DNA of 64,000 nucleotides from assembly GCA_028534125.1 (NCBI GenBank), contig CM052817.1, forward strand, positions 20,896,001-20,960,000. The letters are read 5' to 3'. Source of the stretch: Lama glama (lineage: Eukaryota). A program made the position numbers and the translations under genes. The notes beneath the pieces were generated by a model. The model searched no databases, was not told the DNA's origin, and saw only the letters and a list, made by a program, of their open reading frames with translations. Shown one piece after another: positions 51,188 to 63,390 of this stretch. The first letter of the stretch is position 1. Each line of letters starts with the position of its first letter.

Positions 51188-51687
51188 NNNNNNNNNNNNN
51201 NNNNNNNNNNNNNNNNNNNNNNNNNNNNNNNNNNNNNNNNNNNNNNNNNNNNNNNNNNNNNNNNNNNNNNNNNNNNNNNNNNNNNNNNNNNNNNNNNNNN
51301 NNNNNNNNNNNNNNNNNNNNNNNNNNNNNNNNNNNNNNNNNNNNNNNNNNNNNNNNNNNNNNNNNNNNNNNNNNNNNNNNNNNNNNNNNNNNNNNNNNNN
51401 NNNNNNNNNNNNNNNNNNNNNNNNNNNNNNNNNNNNNNNNNNNNNNNNNNNNNNNNNNNNNNNNNNNNNNNNNNNNNNNNNNNNNNNNNNNNNNNNNNNN
51501 NNNNNNNNNNNNNNNNNNNNNNNNNNNNNNNNNNNNNNNNNNNNNNNNNNNNNNNNNNNNNNNNNNNNNNNNNNNNNNNNNNNNNNNNNNNNNNNNNNNN
51601 NNNNNNNNNNNNNNNNNNNNNNNNNNNNNNNNNNNNNNNNNNNNNNNNNNNNNNNNNNNNNNNNNNNNNNNNNNNNNNNNNNNNNNN
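51188..51687. other. Assembly gap (500 N)
   Basis: N run. Confidence 1.
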
Positions 51688-53400
51688 TCTCAATGCTGTT
51701 TCTAATGTTCATCCATGTAGTTGAATGCAGCATTAATTCATTTTTACATATGTGTAGAATTCTACTGATTAATGATATCATTATTTATCCACTATACTCA
51801 TGATGGTGATTTCCAGGTTGTTTTCACCCAAACAGTGAGATTGGATATTTTTATACATATTAGGGGTGCATACACATAGGTGCTACTCTAAGTATAAATG
51901 TAGGTGTACATTGCTTATGTAAAAGTTATTTATATATTTCATTTTATAAGTTAATGCTAAATTATTTTCCAAAGTGGTTACCCTAACTGATACTCACAGT
52001 GTATGGTATTGGTAAGTTATCTCATTGCTTCATATCCTCTATAGCATATTATTGTAGTTTAAATTTTTTGTCAATCTGGTGTTTGCAAAATGGTGCCCAT
52101 TCTGGATTATTATTTAACATCCTTCATCACTTGACTCTCCTCTTCTCTTTTGTTTTTCCCTTCCTTGTCTTTTTTTGGGAAGATGGTGGTGCTTGATTGA
52201 TTAAAAAATCTTTCCTCTTATTCCATTTTTCTCCTTTTTTCTCCTTTTCTTTTTATGATTATTCTAGTAATTTTAACCTGACACTTTAATATATCAAACT
52301 CTATCCTTCCTCCACATATTTCAGGAATGTTGGAACAACTTAATCACCCTCCAGTTTATAAAATTATATTGTCATGAATTATTTCTATTGTTTTATAAAC
52401 TCTCAAGACATTATCATCATTTAATACAACTAATTGGATTGTCCATATGCGTACTTTTATCCTTATTCATCTTATAATGCCTTTCACTGAAATTAATGTT
52501 ATTTTACCTAAATCATTCATATTTAGAATAATTATTCTCAATTATTACATTATATTTGCCTAAAAATTCTACACTATTAAATTCCCTGTGGATAATATCT
52601 GTTTTTGGTAACTCTTGAGTTTATCTGTCTGGAAAATGTCTATGTTACTCTCATTTTTTTCCCTCATATTGAAAGTTTTGTGGTTTTCTATTGTTTTATT
52701 TTTACTAGTTATAAAATTCTAGGTTGATAGTCTTTTCCTGTGTTGTGACCTCATATTCACTGGAATTTTACTAGTGAGAATTATTTTTGACCTGATTGTG
52801 AAGAGTTTTTTCTATTTCTCAAGATGATTTATATTTCTTACTTGTAAGACTGGGGACACTGATCATCCAGGACAATTTTAAACTATATGTTGCATTATTT
52901 CTTCTCTTCCACATTATCTATCCAGTGTGAGTTTGATTTCAAACTTGGCTTATGGTTTGACAACTCAGAAGGAGATTATTTCCCATTTATTAATGTTTTC
53001 CCCTCTACCACTAGCACAAGTGCCTAAGACAGGCCCATGTCCCCTTCTCACCAGCAGGTGCAGGGATATGGGAGTCGGTGAGTACTGCATTTCCTTCAGT
53101 TTCACTCTTAGGCCAATGATAAACGTTAGGGGGTTCTAGCTCAGGAGAAACCTAGGTTTTCCCACTTGTGTCTTTTCTCCCAATAGGAAGTAAAAACTAA
53201 AGCTACAGATAACAGTTGGGAAGATAGCCTCAAGGTGAAAGCTGGTTCTATGGTTTACTTTTCTCTGTGAGTTTACTTAGATTTTGACCTTAAGATTTCA
53301 ATTTCTTGGCCACTGATAAAACGAAAAAAATTCTTAAATGTTTAATAATCCAACATTTTTAACTGTCTCAGCATAAACTGGTTATAGTCAGCTATAATTT
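51688..53400 (-). mobile_element. Ancient L1ME/HAL1-like remnants
   Basis: 'ttcatccatgtagttgaatgcagcattaattcatttt', 'ttttccaaagtggtta', 'ctagttataaaattctaggttgatag'. Confidence 0.6.
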
Positions 53401-55276
53401 TTGAAATAAAGTTACTGCTATAAATTTATATGCTTCAATAAGAGTTTTTATTTTCCAAACCTGAGTGGTTACAAAATATGGAAGATTGGAAAAAAAATCT
53501 TTATAAAAATGTGAACTTGTTGGACTCATGTTTATTTTTTTTTACACTAAGAAAAGTGAGGTACAGGCAAGGAAAAACTGAGAAACCCATTCAAGAACCT
53601 AATATATGTGATTTTTAGTATACAGAGTTTTGGGTTTTTTTTTTTTTTTCAATATAGAAATAGGAAAAAAGAAAGAATATAGAGTAATTTCACTGAAAAA
53701 ATGTTCCCAACTCAGACTGCATAATGTGCCAACATCACACTAACAGGTCAATTTTTGAAAGTAAAACAGCCCATGTAGATCAGAATTCAGGATAACAAGT
53801 AGAACTGCTGAGAAAAATAAGGATTTAGCTGGGGACCACCTGGAGTGGTCAAGGTGGGCGCAGCACTTGTGATGGAACAGAACTGTGGATGCAGACCAGA
53901 CCAGACCAGAAGGACTCTCCAGTTTTTTTCTCTCTTCCTCTTTTTTTTTCCCCCTTTATTACTGGATTGCTGACACTACTTATGGTGACCAGAAAAGTAG
54001 CAGATCAGCAGGGAAATCAGTCACTGATGAACTGACCTTATTTACATGTCTCTGCTTTTTCCACTATAAGTAGGGCTCACACTTTAGGTTGAGAAAATTA
54101 TTAGCATTCTGGAACTTCATCTAAGTTCTAGAGGTACAGCTGAGTGCCATCCCAGAAGGGTCAAGAAGGTTAATTCTGAGATAGATGAGGTGTTTTATTA
54201 TTTTGGGATTAAAACATCACTTTTACAACCTTAACTGGACTAAAGGAGAAAGAGGAAAAAAAGGATAAAGAGAAAAAAATACGTATTTAAGACAATTTAA
54301 TGATGGCTTTATAGCAGTATGTATATACATAGCAGAATGCATCCAATCTATGTCCTATTGTCCTCATGACTCCCTTTATGCACATAACTAATTTGCTAAG
54401 TTTTTGTTTTAGTTTTTTTGCAGAACATCTGTAGGTCTGTCTTTCATCAATTTTCCTTAAGATACTTTCTAGATTGATTTTGGAGCCACACATCTAATTA
54501 AATAGGTATAAAATGTTTTCAAATTTCTACCTTTATTATCTTATTTATGGGAAAATAGTGGAAAAAGTAAAAGTAAAAACCGGGAACAAAAATTGCTGTT
54601 GTAAAAGCTCTCTGAATTTGAAGGCCTTGATTCAATTATCTTTAGGGAAATTTCAATGCTGAAGAATTTATCTTGGTAAGAAGGTTTCCTTTTGACAATC
54701 AGCACTATTAACAGCACAGCTTTTAGCTCTATTGAGACACGAGAAATATTGGGCAGCTTACATATTCCTCATTTTCAAAGAGAAATCGCTAAATAACAGC
54801 CTTTCAGAGATTGCATTCTTTGTCAGCCTGGCATTGGAAAAAACAGCAATAATGTTTCAGATGTGTATTTTTTAAAAAAAAATACACTGGTTCAATATTC
54901 AGACTAATAAGGTAGTTTCAAAACTTCAAGCAGAGTGGAAATAATCATACACCTCATTCTTAAAGTGCCCCAACTTCCTTTTTAAGTTCAGTGTTACAGC
55001 TCTGTTCTTTGTGTGTCATTATTTATGGCCTATACTGATGTGGTACTGAAATATAAGACATCAATAACAAATATATTTAAATTAAATTTGAATGTGCTAT
55101 TATTGATATTTTATATTACAGAGAGTTTTGTATTAGCTTGATAAAAACATGCTTTCTCTTACTTAATACCAAGTCCTTAAAATACTTGGTCGTTATGGTT
55201 AGAATCTATTTTTAGTTTTTTTTCTAGAAAAGTATACATGTTTATGAAAGAAACAGCTTATCCTATTGATTTGGAA

Positions 55277-57403
55277 AAGGTCAGTCAGCATAGGCTGAAC
55301 TCCTCTGTAATAACAAACACCCTCCAAAAATCTCAGTGACTTGAAAACCATGAAGTTTTGTTTCTTGCTGTCAGTCACCCCCATTTAAGCTCACTCGGCC
55401 ACTCTGCTCCCCATCCATAGTCATCTACAATTTATGGGCACCATCTCAGATCTTACTGGTCACTATTCCAGAGTCAAAGGAGGTTGCACCTCTGTACTTC
55501 TGCTTATGACTCAAAAGCCATATCCAGTTACTTGACTATATCCACCTAGAAGTGGGTTAAAAATAAGTGCATCCTACTAAGTTCTTAAAAGAGAAAGAAC
55601 CAGAAGCATTTGCTGAATAGCACTTATAACCACCACAACAAAGATTTCTGAACATCAAATAGCCAATTCGCTCTCCATTCTGCATAGAATACATATTTAC
55701 TCGCTTACTCAGAATAAACTTGTAAGCGTTCACAAACCTCAATATTAACCCAAAAGTTGAGAATCTTTGGATGACGCATGTCGATCTGTGTATGCAAGTG
55801 ATGTGCCAAATTCTCTATCTTAAAATCAGAAATGACTCACCTTGATCCAGATAAATACATGTTATCTGACCCCCACAGCCCAATATGTGATGGTCTAACA
55901 AATACTGGAAAACTGCAGTCAATTCTCTTACATAGAAAAAGGAAAGTGTGAGACACAGCACAGCTGCAGCAATTCTGAAATGATCGCTAACTTTCTGAGG
56001 TATCCCTACCCCAGTGATGAGGAATATTTTTGCACATTCCCCGATTCTACTTTGTGGGATGAGTTCCTCAGTCTATTGCTCTCTGTGGCTTTTTGCACCT
56101 CTTTCAGAGATTTTACGCTTTGTTATGATTCTTGGCCACAAGTTCAAACTGGAGGAATATATCCTGCTGGGGGCTGAGTAGCGTTCTCAGCCTGATTTCT
56201 TTCTGGAGAAAGGTCATTTTAAGCTTTGGACAGTCATAATTAGTCTAGGTTATGGTTATTTTGGGACTACATCTCTTTCAATAACTTGCCTTTTTTAACA
56301 ATTGGAGTCCAATCAGTTCCACGTGCCAATGACTGCAACCCCAGTTCTGTTTGAGACACACTTCTTTCTTTTGACTTAACCCCAAATAACTTGAGTTTAC
56401 CAGCTTGAGTGGGTACCAGCTTGAGTGGGTATGTTATACCATTAAATAGTTTCCTAAACAATTCTTTTAACAAAAGGAATTTTGGGGGAACAATATCGAT
56501 TCTTTCAGAGGTTTTAACAATCAGTGTAATGGGTCTCCAACTGATGTGATCTTTCTGCAAGGTACACTTTAACTGACATTTTTCTTTATGTTTTCATTTT
56601 AATATTCATATCCTTGGGGTCAAGAAGCTGTAGCCACTTCCAGCTTAAATTTTTCTCTATATCTGAAATATCTTTGTATATCATTTTTCCCCTGCTTTCA
56701 AATGGCCTAATTATTCACTGAGGTCATTTATTAATTGCAATATCTTGTCAAATGCAGCTAATGGCATCCAACATTGGCTGCTATCATTCTAACATCCAGT
56801 GTTTTTTCTGCACATGACAACATCTTTATATATATTCTGAATTTCAGACTATCTCAGGTGGTCAATTAACCAAATGTTCTGCCACTATGTTAGACAGATT
56901 TCCATTTTTCCATTTCCTTATCTTCAGATGACCCGTCCTTAAGACACTCGTGTGTTTAGCTTTGTTTGTTTTCTTCAGCAATATCTCTTTCCTGGTTTTG
57001 ATTTCTGTGTCATGTGTGATAGACTAGGTTATGCCATGGCAGCAATCAATCCTCAAATCTTGTGGCTCAAGCAACAAATATTTTAATTTGCTCATTTTAC
57101 TTGTTCATCATAGGTCAAGAATTCTGCTACTCATGTCGCTCTGAGACCATGGCTGACAGAAGAGCAGACACTTTGAATTATTTCCTGTGACCAGGCAAGA
57201 GTCAAAATGGAGCTCTGAAGGCTCTCACCCTGACACTTAAGTGTTCTGCCCAGAAGTTCTCATTTTTGCTAACAAATCTTTGGCTAGAGTTAGTCACAAG
57301 TCTTTCCCCACCCTCAGATCAGGCAGGAAGTGAATTCTTATTCTGAGGCAAGAGAGAGGGAAAAACTAAAAGAAAATTATGAGCGGCACTAATGTCACCT
57401 ATA
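55277..57403 (-). mobile_element. MLT1J-like MaLR provirus: LTR, about 1.37 kb internal region, LTR
   Basis: Two co-oriented related LTRs (about 55277-55636 and 57006-57403) sharing 'atctcagtgacttgaaaacca'/'atcttgtggctcaagcaaca' and 'gcacttataaccaccaca'/'gcactaatgtcacctata'; on the minus strand the internal region starts GAAATCAAAACCAGGAAAG, resembling the MaLR-int start. Confidence 0.72.
56398..56431. repeat. 16-bp tandem duplication
   Basis: TACCAGCTTGAGTGGG at 56398-56413 and 56414-56429. Confidence 0.9.
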
Positions 57404-57579
57404 TATGTATTCTGTGATGCTCATAAATGCAAAGATCATATATAGGATTTTAAAAATATCAGTGTATCTTTTTGAATTAACTCTTCTTGTGGTTGGCTTT
57501 ATTCCTTTGTAATTTAAGAAGCTAAAGTTCTAAATGTTCTTAGATACAATGAACAGTACATACATGTAAATTAAAAAAT

Positions 57580-58120
57580 ATACGTGCACTAAAAAAAAAG
57601 ATTTATCAAGCCATGAAAGACATGGAAGAAACTTAAAAAACGAAATGAAAGAAGCCAGTCTGAAGAGGCTACAAACTGTACGATTCCAACCAAATGACAT
57701 TCTGGAAAAGGCACAGCTACAGAAATAATAAAAAAGATCATGGTTTCCAGGAGTTTGGGGAAAGGGAGAGAGGGAGGTATGAATAGATGGAGCGCAAGGG
57801 ATTTTTAGGGCAATGAAAATATTCTATATGATACTATAATGGTGGCTACATGTCATTATGCATTTGTCAAAACCCATAGAATGTACAACATCAAGAGTGA
57901 ACCCTAATGTAAATTATGGAATTTGGTTGATAATAATGTGCCCACATTGGTTCATTGTTGTACCAAATATGCCACACTGATGAGGGATGTTGAGGGTAGG
58001 GGAGTATATATGTGTGGGTGGGGAGGGCTGTGTGTGAACTCTGTATTTTCTGCTCAGTTCTGCTGTGAACCTGAAACTGCTCTAAAAGAATAAAGTCTAT
58101 TAAAAAAAATAAAAAAGAAT
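57580..58120 (+). mobile_element. L1MC1-like 3' UTR
   Basis: 'atcaagccatgaaagacatgga', 'gacattctggaaaaggca', 'catgtcattatgcatttgtcaaaacccatagaatgtacaaca', 'gctgtgaacctgaaactgctctaaaa'. Confidence 0.88.
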
Positions 58121-58629
58121 AAAAATATCAGTGAATTATGGGCAACATAGATACCACATGCAAACATTTGTTTGAAACTACAACAAGTTGTCTAATCCAA
58201 AAAAGTATTAACTAGTAAAGTGCTGGAAAATAACAGTCACCAAATTCATAAAACGTTTTCAGTTAGATGATAAGTTAAAAGGTTCCTGTGGAGATAAATA
58301 TCAGTGCTCCAATAGAGTAGGAGGTATTTTTACATTTAGGTGGTTCAGAAAACCTTGCTCATAACTAAATAGGGATATTTTCAACAGAATTAACAGTTGA
58401 CATCATTGACGAAAACAAAAATGCTTAAAGATGTTGGTTAAGATGGATACTACCAGCATGACAATGGTCCAGTTAAGATGGAAAGACCACTTAAAACTGG
58501 TCATTTAAAAGATTAGATACAGCAGTAAGCCATAGGCTGTTTACCTCTTGGTAGCTCCACATTTCAAACACTTAATGATTCCCTGGGCATAAGAACTTAC
58601 TCCTTTGTTTCAATTAATACTGAAGGCAT

Positions 58630-59010
58630 TTAATTCAATTCAATAGATAAACTATTCTGTGTCTCTGTTTTTGGTCTGGTGGCTACACAACATCAAACCA
58701 TACAAATAGCTAAGACCCTCAAGCAATTCAAAGAGTAGCATGGAGGGGGAGAGAATCACAAAGTGATATTAATATATAGAATGTGAGTGGTACAAAATGG
58801 CCTGGAGATTCAGCAGTGAGGAGTACTTTGAAAGAATCAGAAAGTGACTTCTGCAGGGTGTACAGTTTGGATACTGAAATTGAAAATGGATATAATGTCA
58901 ATGCACAGAGATGAACCCTAGTCTGGGAAAGAAAGTCAAAGGCAAAGGGGCAAAGAAGGTTGTGGAAACGGTAAGTAGGTCAGCTGGGCTGTAGAGAGAA
59001 GCAAATATAA
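58630..59010 (-). mobile_element. L2 fragment
   Basis: 'ttaattcaattcaatagataa', 'gaatcagaaagtgacttctgcagg'. Confidence 0.45.
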
Positions 59011-59349
59011 GGAAACACTGGTTCCAAAAAAGTGCATAAAAATTATGTAGAGGCCAGTTATGACATTTGCGCAATACCTGAATAAAGTTTTTTGTCCTGG
59101 TTGACCCTCTTCGCTACCTAAATCCCCACTGCTCATTCTCCCCTCTTGACCACTAAAGTATCTACATCACATCAGTTGCAATACAATTATGAACGGTATT
59201 GGTTTGTACATGTGTGGATAAATGTTTAATTTTTGCCCTTCTGATGGCTAGAACTCTCTATAGATTTTCTTATATGCTCATGTTATATAGCAAACTATTG
59301 ACTATTGACTGATGTTTAAAATGTTAAAATTGCTGTATAAAATATATTT

Positions 59350-59540
59350 CAGGGCCCACCACTTATTCCTTAAAATACAATTTTATTGGAACACAGCCAC
59401 ATTCATTTATGTCCTGTCTGTGACTGTGGTCATAATCCAATGGGAGAGGTGGGTAGTGGAGACAGAGACCATCTGCTCTGCAAAGTCTCAAATGTTTACT
59501 ATATGTCACATACCAGAGAAAGTTCACCAAACCTCTCTTA
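59350..59540 (-). mobile_element. MER58A-like MITE
   Basis: 'ttttattggaacacagccac..gacagagaccatctgctctgcaaagtctcaaatgtttactat..agaaagttcaccaaacctct'. Confidence 0.8.
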
Positions 59541-59719
59541 TCTAGTGCATTTATAAATGGGATCAATATGTAAAAAATATTTTTGCACACATTTTTATCC
59601 TTATTAACAATGATTATGGATACTTCTATTTTATAGCTTCTGAAATAAAGAAGATAAGATTTATTACACATTACTTTGAATCAGTCTTTTTACTATACAA
59701 CTTTTTAGATCATTAGTGT

Positions 59720-59764
59720 CAAAAAGAAGGCTAAGAAAAAAAAAACAAAAAGAAGGCTAAGAAA
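59720..59764 (+). repeat. 19-bp direct repeat separated by an A-run
   Basis: CAAAAAGAAGGCTAAGAAA at 59720-59738 and 59746-59764. Confidence 0.9.
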
Positions 59765-60444
59765 CTAAGGACTGACAATTATTTAATGAAAAAAAAATCA
59801 ACATATATTTAAGATTTAGTTATCTAATTGAAAGAGATTCGGATGATCAAACTGTTAAGTGCTAAAGCAACTGATGTTTTTCTAAAATACTCTATTGGGA
59901 TTTAAGTGTTTGTCTAACCAACATGCCACCACATCTACTTGAGTTTCCTCTAAGGAAAGAAAATATACTTACAAATGTATCAATTAGGCAGAAAAGGCAG
60001 AAAACCTGTTTACTTTATTGATACAGCTATTCTTACTGACTTAAGCATAGCTATGGTAAAGACAAACTTCTGGTCTTAAAATTTAGAGTAAAAATAGTCG
60101 TTGTTTAAGAATTTCACAGATTCCCCGTAAGACCCTAAAACCACAGAGTTTGGGAGAAGTGAGCTCTGATCACACGAAAGATAGTTATGGAAACATTAGA
60201 ACATTTACTGATGAGGGTTTGCATGCATAGGCTGTAATTAATATTTGTATCTCTTTAGATTTTGCTCCACATTGTAGTGTATGACAAAATATTTTGTTAA
60301 TTTTATTTAATATTTTAATATTTAATTTTCTGTAAGTAAGTCAGATAAAGAAACCTAATGTTGATAACAAAAGGTATAATTGAAAGAATAATGTGCTGGT
60401 ATCTACTCACAGTCAATTAGCACTCAGGATAATTGAACTTTTAG

Positions 60445-60682
60445 ACAGTGAATGGCCAAGTGCACAAGCTCTAATTAGATAACCCTAACCTGAAATCCTG
60501 GTTCCTTCTCCTTATTAGCTGTGTGGCCTTGATAAATTTGGGGATCTTCTGAGCCTCAGTTTCTTTATATATAAAATGAATTTAATAACAAGACCTAGCT
60601 CATTGGCTTGTAATTATGTTTAAATGAGATAATGAGCACTTGGGAGAGAATCAGTACTAAATAAATGTCTTAATTGTTGTTG
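60445..60682 (+). mobile_element. MIR, near full length
   Basis: 'aatcctggttcc..cttattagctgtgtggccttg..tctgagcctcagtttc..taaaatg..taaatgagataatg..aataaatgt'. Confidence 0.85.
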
Positions 60683-62198
60683 TTTTCGTTGCTATGGTCC
60701 CTATGTATCCAGTGGCAGATTATGTTAATTAGGAGCATTATTCCTAGAAAGAAATAACGTGATTGGTTAAAAAAGAAATAAAACAAAAACCACAACCTGG
60801 CAATACATAGCATAGTCATGAATCTAGTTAGAAAGAGAAAATCCTTGTAAATAAATAATCTTACTTCAAGTTCATTTTCTTTTTATGCTCAATCCACCCA
60901 TATATTTTACTATTACATTCTTTTAAAATTCTGTCTCTAGTTGTACTATTATTTTTAACTTTAAATTAAACTTAAAAATATATTCAGTAATAAGCACCTG
61001 CAAAATGTGCTACACACAGAAGATACAGCAAAGCAAAAATTACCCTTTTTAATTTAAAATGAGATCAACTTCTCCAGAAAGAAATTCATTCAAATGTTAT
61101 TTTTAAGCACTCCATATAATGAGTAGCATATCTATTTTTTTTGACAAATAGTAAAATATATTGATATAACTTTCAAAAATGAAAAAAGTTAAATAGAAAA
61201 GGATATGTACTAAAGTTAACTGATTATAGCTTTTTTCATGTTGTGCCTTTTGAAGATTTTGAACGAGTCATGTCTCTGTATTCCTTGAAATTGAAAAACA
61301 TGAAACACCAAGTCTTTCTCAAATTATAATGTTCCCAGTTTTAACTTTTTAAACTCTAATGAAAAGAATATGATTACACTGAAAAACTTATGAACAATAG
61401 AGATTAATAGTTCAATACAGAGTAATTTATTTTCACAATATATGGATAAAACACACACACATCAAACTGGGAATGTGCTCTCTATGTAGTTCTCTTCTTT
61501 TCAACTGCTGGAAAATTAACTAATTGGAAACATTTTGAGGATTAATTGGTGAATGCTCATAGTTCATCAGAGAGACATTTTAATATGCTCATTACGTTCT
61601 TTTGAACCTGATGTCAGTTCAATTTTCTTATAGGGATCACTAAACGAGGAACTACATTAAAATAATCTTAAAGCCCAGATTAACCTTTTTCGGTTGATAT
61701 GCTTTGGAATTCATTAATCACAAATTAACAAAGTAGACAAGTTAGCAAACAAAGAAATCCTTGTTGCATTACACAAGGGGCCAAGTTGCAACCACCATGA
61801 TAAATGTCTGGATACATGTGTATATCTAGAGGGGACAGGTGGAGAAGGTGTCAACATACCTGATTTAGAGTTAAATTTACTTTCTTTACATTATAAGCTA
61901 AATCAAAGCCCATTTTTTCTCTTTAGACTCAGAATTTTTCCAAAGTAAGGGGGAAAGTCCTAGCTGCTTATTCCAAAAACTGGAAGTACATCACCATTGG
62001 GCTAGAATTGTGTCAAGAAGATACAAATCGTGTGGAATGTACCATTGACAAAGACAGCATCAATATGCAGTCATTTCTTTGGCCACTGGCGTGATTGACT
62101 ATGATGGCTTCATTTTGGTCAGGCTTGTGGACGAGATGATGGCAAAAATAACTGTAGGTTTCTGTTCCAATACAAGTGAGTCCTAAAAAAAAAAAGAA

Positions 62199-62222
62199 AA
62201 CCAAACCAAACCAAACCAAAAC
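62199..62222. repeat. (CCAAA)n microsatellite
   Basis: 4 CCAAA units after an A-rich run. Confidence 0.85.
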
Positions 62223-62314
62223 AACAGAGTAGACAGATTTCTGTGTAATATATTTGCACTGCTATTGGGCAATTTTTATAGAACAAATATACCTGCCATT
62301 CATTTGAATTATGT

Positions 62315-62756
62315 TTTTTTAAAACATTTTACTAAGATTATGTTTTTAGAGCAGTTTTATGTTCAGAGCAAAATTGAGAGGAAGGTGCAAAGATTTCCCA
62401 CATGATCCCTGCCCCAACACATGTACAGCGTCAAGTAACTCACAATTAAATATGATGTTAGCTATAGTTGTTTTGTAGATATTATTTGTCAAGTTGAGAA
62501 AGTGCTCCTCTATGCCTAGTTTTCTGAGAGTTTTTGTAAAGAATGTCAGATTTTGCCAAATGTCTTTTCTGCATCTGTTGATATTATCATGTGACATGAT
62601 GTGATAATCTACCACATTAGCCTGTTTATGTGGTGGATTATGTTAATCAATTTTTGAATGTTGAACCATCCTTGCATACCTGGGATAAACTCATCATGAT
62701 GTATACACTTTTTTTTAATACACTGTTGAATTTGATTTGTTAATATTTTGTTGATT
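62315..62756 (-). mobile_element. L1MC/MD-like element with the 3' tip fused directly to the RT region
   Basis: 3' tip 'tttttagagcagttttatgttcagagcaaaattgagaggaaggtgcaaagatttccca'; minus-strand ORF 62346-62615 contains KTLRKLGIEEHFLNLTNNIYKTTIANIIFN, homologous to L1 ORF2 RT. Confidence 0.8.
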
Positions 62757-63109
62757 GAACCTATGAGGAGTTTTCCATGTATAGGTTCCCTGTAAGTATA
62801 AAGTTAAGACTGTAAGACTTAAGCCCTTATAAGGAGTATAATTGACATCAAAGCAAAAAAAAAGTAAGGATACTTTGAAAGGTTAAAATCTCTATAGAAT
62901 ATTTACAACAGTTTTCACAAAATTAAAGAAAGAAAATTTATCTTTAAGTTGAAGAAAATATGTGATTACACTTTTGGTGAGGACCTTCCATTTTCTTCAT
63001 ATTTCTTTGCATATTTCAAGTTCAATATATCAGGAAAAATTGGCATTTAAATAGTGTCTATTTATTAGATTATATACCACAAAGTAACTGCTAAGAGTTC
63101 AGAATAAAA

Positions 63110-63390
63110 AGCTTTACCTCTTATTTAATTCTTACTATGCACTAAACATTATTCTAAATTCTATACATAAATTATTTCACTAATGTCTCGTTATAAAACC
63201 ATGAGATATGTTTCTCTATCATTATCATCATCACTTTAGCCAGTTTATAGATGGAGAGTCATATTTAGACCAATTAATCTATTTAAGTTTACACAACAAG
63301 TAAGTTAATCATATTAAGATAAAAATATATACACATAGTTTAAAATCTGGTGGTAATACCAATGTTAATACTATAAAATTTGGACTCTCT
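63110..63390 (-). mobile_element. MIR (degraded)
   Basis: 'cttactatgcactaaacattattctaaa', 'cagtttatagatggagag', 'tttacacaacaagtaag'. Confidence 0.55.
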
